DNA of 64,000 nucleotides from a candidate division TM6 bacterium GW2011_GWF2_32_72 (GTDB lineage Bacteria; Babelota; Babeliae; Babelales; CAIQNR01): NCBI GenBank assembly GCA_945882015.1, contig CAMCVM010000004.1, positions 35,473 to 99,472 of the forward strand, read 5' to 3'. Shown piece by piece: positions 58,673 to 64,000 of this stretch (position 1 is its first letter; each line of letters starts with the position of its first letter). The notes under the pieces were generated by a model. It saw only the letters and a program-made list of their open reading frames with translations, ran no database searches and was not told where the DNA came from. The position numbers and the translations under genes were made by a program.

Positions 58673-59398
58673 TTACAAGTGGTTTATGATTCTTGAGCTG
58701 ATAGCATGGGATCCTAAAGGAGCTACCCCTATAAAATGAGCAATTTTTTCTACGTGCCCCTTAAGCAATTCCGGAGAATTTTCAAAGTCTTGATTACAAT
58801 CTAAAATAAGCACCGGAGTGTCAATTAAATAGTCTGCTATGTTTTTTTTATAAATCAGCCAATCTTCATGTTTGTTATGCAATGACTCAAGATAACTGAA
58901 CGGAACTAATGATTCTTCTTTGCGAGCTCGTTTTTGCAAACGTTCAAAACAAATAGCAGGATCTGTTTGCAAATAAATAAAACCTGAGGGCTTAGTAGTG
59001 TAATTTTCAACCAACCAACTGAACCATTCTTGATACAGTGTCCACTCAAGCTCAGTTAAAGTTCCCATTTCAAAACAGTTTTTTGCAAAACAGTACCGAT
59101 CAGAATAAACCGACCTTTCCAGTACTTGATGCAGCCAAGGGTTCAATTTTCTATCTTTTTCTTGTTGCATAACTCTTGTTATAAAAGCATATGATTGAAA
59201 CGTATAGCCCCATCTTTGCGTGTCTTGATAAAATTTATCAAGAAGACTTTGGCCATTAATTGCCTGCCATTGATCAAGCGGCTCATAAACAATTGAAACC
59301 GGAAGATGATCTTTAATAAGACGTAAAAAAGTCGACTTTCCTGCCCCAATATTACCTTCTACAATAAAAGATTTTTGATGATCAGCCTGATGAACCAT
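58673..59398 (-). CDS. Deoxynucleoside kinase (dCK/dGK family)
   Basis: 241 aa. P-loop VEGNIGAGKSTFL, ERSVYSDRY (ERS motif) and LQKRARKEE (Arg-rich lid). Confidence 0.85.
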   Translation of the reverse strand: MVHQADHQKSFIVEGNIGAGKSTFLRLIKDHLPVSIVYEPLDQWQAINGQSLLDKFYQDTQRWGYTFQSYAFITRVMQQEKDRKLNPWLHQVLERSVYSDRYCFAKNCFEMGTLTELEWTLYQEWFSWLVENYTTKPSGFIYLQTDPAICFERLQKRARKEESLVPFSYLESLHNKHEDWLIYKKNIADYLIDTPVLILDCNQDFENSPELLKGHVEKIAHFIGVAPLGSHAISSRIINHL

Positions 59399-59576
59399 GA
59401 AACCTCCCTGAATCTAAAAGTAATACTATTAAAAAAAGCTGTTTTAGGCCAAAAAGAGCTTACTTTGTCAGAAATTTTAAAATAGTTTATACTCTATATT
59501 TCTTAAATAGAGTTTTAGCATAACTTATTAAAGAGTAAATGTTAACGAAAAACCTTAAAAATTTGAAATATTCAAT

Positions 59577-61166
59577 ATGATTATAAAATATGTAAAACGT
59601 GTTTTGATTATCTGTTTATTGATTCAACTACCTTTTATCCAATCTGCTGAATTTGATTTTGATGGCCTTGATGGCTTTGCTGATGATGTAGCAGGCCTTG
59701 CTCATCAAAGAGTTGCATTCACTCCATCAACAACTCTTTACAATATAAAAGAGTACTCTCTCCACCGCTTTCTGGCTGTCCCCTTTTATAATTATACCGC
59801 ACCAATTAAATCAAGAAGCTATTTTGACCTTGAATGCTTACAATTTACCTGTAGTCTAAGCGATAATTCCAGCTTTCACCCATTTTTTACACAAACCTCA
59901 AGAGCTGTGTTAACACCAAACAACAGAAAACACTTGGGTGACCTTCTTGCTGCAAGTTCTTTCCTAGACGGCTTAGATATAAGCACCTTTACGGCTTTTG
60001 ACTTACCGCTTGCTCTTTCTATCTTTAAAAATCTGAAAGTCCAAGACCGGCAATTAGGAGTAATGTTTCAACGGTCTACTACTGTTCAAAACTGGAACCT
60101 TTCATTTTTATGGCCTTTCTTGTACCAAGAACGTAACTTTTTCTTAAACAGACAAGAGGTCAGAACGTTAGAACGACTTGGGCTTAACACTGATAATTTT
60201 ACCTTTGCTCAAGACCATTTAATTAGTGATAAACTTGGCTTTGGTGACTTACGAATTCAAATTGAAAAAAACATACTCAGCACCTATAGAAATCAATTGA
60301 ATATTGGGTTTGGTATTACCTTACCTTTGGCTTTTTCAATGATTAAAGGTTGCATTGGTAGTCACTTTAGAAAAAATAAAGCAAATCCAACATTCCACTT
60401 GCAAAATGATTTTATGGGTTACTTTGATTCCACAAAACTTGATCCTAATGAAGGAGGCAATCCTATTATTATTGCAAATGCCTTAAGTCTTGGCCTTCAA
60501 GCACTTGATCGCTTTTCTGCTATACTGCTTGAAGCTCCCTTGGGAAATGATAGGCACTTAGGGTTGCTTACCTTTTTAAAACATATTTTTTATATTACTC
60601 CGGACGTATTCATTTCTTCAAAATTAAATTTTGAAATACTCCTGCCAAGTGTTGAAAATAGATTTTTTACTATAAAACCGGATCAAACCTATCTAAGTCA
60701 ACTTGAAGCAATGCCTCTAGAAGATCAAGGGGATGAAAAACCCTTCGTTGATGATTTAACAGACAATGAATCAGCTGTATTTCTTGATTCATTTAGTAGA
60801 GTCTTAGTCAATAGCATGTTCCCTTCAAGCTATCATACTCGTGTTTTTCCAGGTGTTTCTATTCAATCAACCAATCAACTCACTTTTGAAAGAATAAATT
60901 GGAATTTTCATCTTGGTACCGATACTTGGTATCGATCCAAAGAAAAAATAGGGAAAATATGGGCAAGTGACGAGCTTTTGTCACAGCTTGATATTAAGGC
61001 CGGAACAATTGGACATGCTTACCAATCAAGAGTTTTTACAAAAATAGAAAGAGCTCATCAAGAAGGTGCATTTTTTGATTGGAATGTTTTTGCGTCAACC
61101 AGCTTATTAAGTTACGGAATCGGCGATAGTTTTAGTTTAGGGCTACAATTTTCACGTGATTTTTAA
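59577..61166 (+). CDS. Putative outer-membrane beta-barrel protein, unknown family
   Basis: 529 aa. Signal-like MIIKYVKRVLIICLLIQLPFIQSA, alternating-hydrophobicity segments, and a C-terminus ...FSLGLQFSRDF ending in Phe as in many OMPs. Confidence 0.5.
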   Translation: MIIKYVKRVLIICLLIQLPFIQSAEFDFDGLDGFADDVAGLAHQRVAFTPSTTLYNIKEYSLHRFLAVPFYNYTAPIKSRSYFDLECLQFTCSLSDNSSFHPFFTQTSRAVLTPNNRKHLGDLLAASSFLDGLDISTFTAFDLPLALSIFKNLKVQDRQLGVMFQRSTTVQNWNLSFLWPFLYQERNFFLNRQEVRTLERLGLNTDNFTFAQDHLISDKLGFGDLRIQIEKNILSTYRNQLNIGFGITLPLAFSMIKGCIGSHFRKNKANPTFHLQNDFMGYFDSTKLDPNEGGNPIIIANALSLGLQALDRFSAILLEAPLGNDRHLGLLTFLKHIFYITPDVFISSKLNFEILLPSVENRFFTIKPDQTYLSQLEAMPLEDQGDEKPFVDDLTDNESAVFLDSFSRVLVNSMFPSSYHTRVFPGVSIQSTNQLTFERINWNFHLGTDTWYRSKEKIGKIWASDELLSQLDIKAGTIGHAYQSRVFTKIERAHQEGAFFDWNVFASTSLLSYGIGDSFSLGLQFSRDF

Positions 61167-61183
61167 AAAATAAGGAATCTATA

Positions 61184-62116
61184 ATGACTAAACAGATCTT
61201 TTCTCTTGTTTTATTAATATCTTTTTTTCAGCAAACACATACTGAACATCATGTATTTATAACGCTTGAACATTGGGCTATTCCAGCTATTGATGGAAAA
61301 TCTCCTGGAATGAACGGCGATTCTCTGATCGATTGTTTACAAGTTCGTGGACTTATTAATGAGTTACTTTATGGAAAGCCTGATCAAAAAACAAGAACTT
61401 TTAAAAAGGTTTATAATTTTAATAATCAGTTAGTTTCTTTAGAAGATTTAGTAAAATTTGAAGCAGATAATAATCTGACACCAAACCATCCTCTTTATAA
61501 AGAATTTCGTGATTGCTTAAAGGCAATGCGTGAGACTTTTGTAAACTTTACCAAACCATTATTGGGAGAAGCTGAAATAGCTCGTCAAACTAACATGCAT
61601 TTGATTGAGGAATGGTCCAAAAAAGCAAATCGTGAAAATTCTTTATTGTTGCATTGGGGAAAAGTAGACGAAAAAGAAACACTTGAAAAAGCTTGCGCAA
61701 AAGAGTTTTATTTGTTCTGTATAGACCTTAAAAGTTTCTTACATGACTTAATGTTTAATTGCCCAAAAGCACGCGAACTGTTCAAATCACAACGTCTTTC
61801 TCTTATGGCACTTAAAGAAACATTTATTCAGTTAACAGGGCAAACAGGTTCTATTTTTGAAACAACACTTAATGGTGTTATTAAAACAATGATTGAACAT
61901 GAAGAAAAGAATCATTCTGCTGCAGGATCGATAGAACAAAAAATTGATCGCCGCAAAAAACAGATTTATAAATGCAAAACACTTTCAGAAGATATTTTTG
62001 AAGTTCTGAATATGATTGCTCCTGAACTTGACAAGCAGCTTTTTACTGAAAAATTTGAGCAAAATTATCATAATAAATGTGCTAAGTTTGATGCTCAATT
62101 TATTGCGCAACATTAA
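61184..62116 (+). CDS. Exported protein, unknown function
   Basis: 310 aa. AAGGAA RBS and signal-like MTKQIFSLVLLISFFQQTHT. Looks helical. Starts 17 nt after the OMP-like gene. Confidence 0.5.
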   Translation: MTKQIFSLVLLISFFQQTHTEHHVFITLEHWAIPAIDGKSPGMNGDSLIDCLQVRGLINELLYGKPDQKTRTFKKVYNFNNQLVSLEDLVKFEADNNLTPNHPLYKEFRDCLKAMRETFVNFTKPLLGEAEIARQTNMHLIEEWSKKANRENSLLLHWGKVDEKETLEKACAKEFYLFCIDLKSFLHDLMFNCPKARELFKSQRLSLMALKETFIQLTGQTGSIFETTLNGVIKTMIEHEEKNHSAAGSIEQKIDRRKKQIYKCKTLSEDIFEVLNMIAPELDKQLFTEKFEQNYHNKCAKFDAQFIAQH

Positions 62117-62122
62117 AATAAT

Positions 62123-64000
62123 ATGACTGAAGAGCTGGTAGGCACCATTGAACGATTCCTGTTTCAGAATAATCAAGATGGCTTTTCCGTTTTTGTTCTT
62201 TCAATAACGGCACAAAAAACAGTAACGGTCAAAGCTCATGCTCCAGCTCTTCAAGCAGGTCAGCAAGTAGTTCTTAAAGGTACTTGGATTGTTCACCCAA
62301 AATTTGGGAAACAATTTGCAGCAGACCATTGCACTGTCTGTTTGCCTACTTCTGTTATTGGACTTAAAAAATATTTGGGTTCTGGAATGATCAAAGGAAT
62401 CGGCAAAGTGTATGCCGAAAAACTCGTTGATTATTTTGGAACTAAAGTTTTAGAAATTATTGAACAAGAGCCAGATCGCTTAAAAGAAGTTTCTGGTATT
62501 GGTATTAAAAAAATTGAAATGATTGTCCATGCATTTAAAGACCAAAAAGAGATTGCATCTATCATGGTTTTTCTGCAAGACAAAGGAGTTTCAACTGGGC
62601 TTGCAACAAAAATCTATAAACGTTATGGTCAAAATTCAATTACTTTAATTAAACAAAATCCTTACAGAATCGCAGAAGACATTTGGGGCATCGGTTTTAA
62701 AAGTGCAGACCTGATTGCCCAAAATATGGGATTTCAAGTCGAATCAGTACAAAGAATCACGGCTGGAATCTTATTTACCATTACTACACAAACCAGCAAT
62801 GGCCATTTATATGTTGAACTTGAAGCATTAAAAAAAGAAACCATCACATTACTAGAGTTAACTGACTCGCCTGAAATTCAAGCAACGATAAAACAAGCGC
62901 TGCATACTCTTTATAATGCCGATAAAATTAAATTAGTTTCTTATGATGCTCAACATTTCATTACATTGTCAGCCTATTACTTTACCGAAAAATCTGTTGC
63001 CTCAAAAATCTTAAAATTATTAGAGCATTCAACAAATCATCATTTTGATATCCAAAAATTATATACTCAATTACGTGTTCAACAGCCAGGCGAAATTGAA
63101 CTCAATCAAGCACAGCAAAAAGGGATTATGAGCTGTTTGCAGGATAAAGTAACGGTGATTACCGGTGGACCGGGAACGGGAAAAACAACGTTAATCAAAA
63201 AATTATTACAATTACTTGATCAAGAAAAAATAGAGTATCGCCTTGCTGCGCCAACGGGTCGAGCAGCAAAACGAATGACTGAAGGAACTGGCCGCTATGC
63301 AGTAACATTGCATCGCTTGCTTGAATTTAACCCCCAAACCATGTCATTTACCCATAACGAACAAAATGCTTTAAAGCTTTCTTATTTAATTATTGACGAA
63401 GCTTCAATGATTGATATTTTTTTGGCACACAGCTTGCTCAAGGCGCTGCCTCTGAATGCGCACCTTATTTTAATTGGCGATATTGATCAATTGCCTTCTG
63501 TTGGTGCTGGTAACTTTTTACAAGATTTAATTAAAAGCAAAAAAATCACTACCACCCGTTTACAGTATATTTTCAGACAAGCACATAACAGTTTAATCAC
63601 CTATAATGCGCATCGCGTCAACCAAGGTGAGTTTCCAGTTTATAAAGCAGACAACACCTTACAAGATTACGAATTTTTAAAACTTGAGGCCCCTGAACAA
63701 CTGGAACAAGCACTTAATAGTATCTTTACTACAAAATTAAAACGATATGGCATTAAAACTCAAAATGCCTTGGTGCTTTCACCAATGAACCGTGGAACAG
63801 CTGGAACGCAACATATTAACCATTACTTGCAAGGCATTTTAAATGGTTCCCCAAAAGAACAGCTAACGAGAATGGGAACTGTTTTTAAAGTTGACGACCG
63901 AGTGATGCAGATTAAAAACAATTACGATAAACACGTCTATAATGGGGACATGGGACTGATTGAATCGATTAATCATACCGATCAAATAGTTGAGGTTAAT
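62123..64000 (+). CDS. recD2: RecD2-type ATP-dependent DNA helicase (5' part; continues beyond window end)
   Basis: Own translation from ATG 62123: MTEELVGTIERFLFQNNQDGFSVFVLS...GKQF... (N-terminal OB/HhH part), then Walker A VITGGPGTGKTTLIKKL, LIIDEASMID and LILIGDIDQLPSVGAG. No stop before 64000. Confidence 0.88.
   Translation, partial: MTEELVGTIERFLFQNNQDGFSVFVLSITAQKTVTVKAHAPALQAGQQVVLKGTWIVHPKFGKQFAADHCTVCLPTSVIGLKKYLGSGMIKGIGKVYAEKLVDYFGTKVLEIIEQEPDRLKEVSGIGIKKIEMIVHAFKDQKEIASIMVFLQDKGVSTGLATKIYKRYGQNSITLIKQNPYRIAEDIWGIGFKSADLIAQNMGFQVESVQRITAGILFTITTQTSNGHLYVELEALKKETITLLELTDSPEIQATIKQALHTLYNADKIKLVSYDAQHFITLSAYYFTEKSVASKILKLLEHSTNHHFDIQKLYTQLRVQQPGEIELNQAQQKGIMSCLQDKVTVITGGPGTGKTTLIKKLLQLLDQEKIEYRLAAPTGRAAKRMTEGTGRYAVTLHRLLEFNPQTMSFTHNEQNALKLSYLIIDEASMIDIFLAHSLLKALPLNAHLILIGDIDQLPSVGAGNFLQDLIKSKKITTTRLQYIFRQAHNSLITYNAHRVNQGEFPVYKADNTLQDYEFLKLEAPEQLEQALNSIFTTKLKRYGIKTQNALVLSPMNRGTAGTQHINHYLQGILNGSPKEQLTRMGTVFKVDDRVMQIKNNYDKHVYNGDMGLIESINHTDQIVEVN

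Overview
AT-rich (GC looks mid-30s % by eye, not computed), gene-dense bacterial chromosomal segment. It carries about 70 protein genes on both strands and one tRNA-Arg(UCU). I found no rRNA, no CRISPR array and no recognisable transposase, integrase or phage genes. Housekeeping backbone: mraY (partial), mnmG, lgt, dnaG-rpoD, a CBS/CorC membrane protein, an NfeD-SPFH pair, tkt, nrdAB, membrane pyrophosphatase, Na:alanine symporter-murE, ruvX, tsaB, rsmE, gpmI, truA, rpsF-rpsR, rnhB, prmC, photolyase-tspO, groES-groEL, rpe, ung, a partial F-ATPase operon (c-b'-b-delta-alpha), a deoxynucleoside kinase and recD2 (partial). Interleaved are about two dozen lineage-specific ORFs with signal-peptide, lipoprotein or membrane-anchor N-termini and no domain I can name. 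The gene content (nucleotide salvage, fragmented operons, eukaryote-like motifs, large exported ORFan set) suggests a host-associated or intracellular bacterium, possibly Dependentiae/TM6-like; that taxon guess is inference only. Most notable observations: (1) two adjacent exported proteins at 33.1-34.0 kb, one with tandem eukaryote-type C2H2 zinc fingers plus an HMGN-like RRSARLAAVKK motif, which are candidate host-chromatin effectors; (2) a signal-peptide-bearing adenylosuccinate-synthetase homologue with degenerate catalytic motifs; (3) a class Ic-like NrdB (Phe at the radical Tyr site, Glu as first metal ligand); (4) a complete Na+-ligand signature in the ATP synthase c subunit together with a K+-dependent, Na+-type-looking pyrophosphatase; (5) a tandem array of Gly/Ala-rich exported membrane proteins at 46.9-50.6 kb. 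All functional calls come from reading the translations. No database search, HMM or structure prediction was run.
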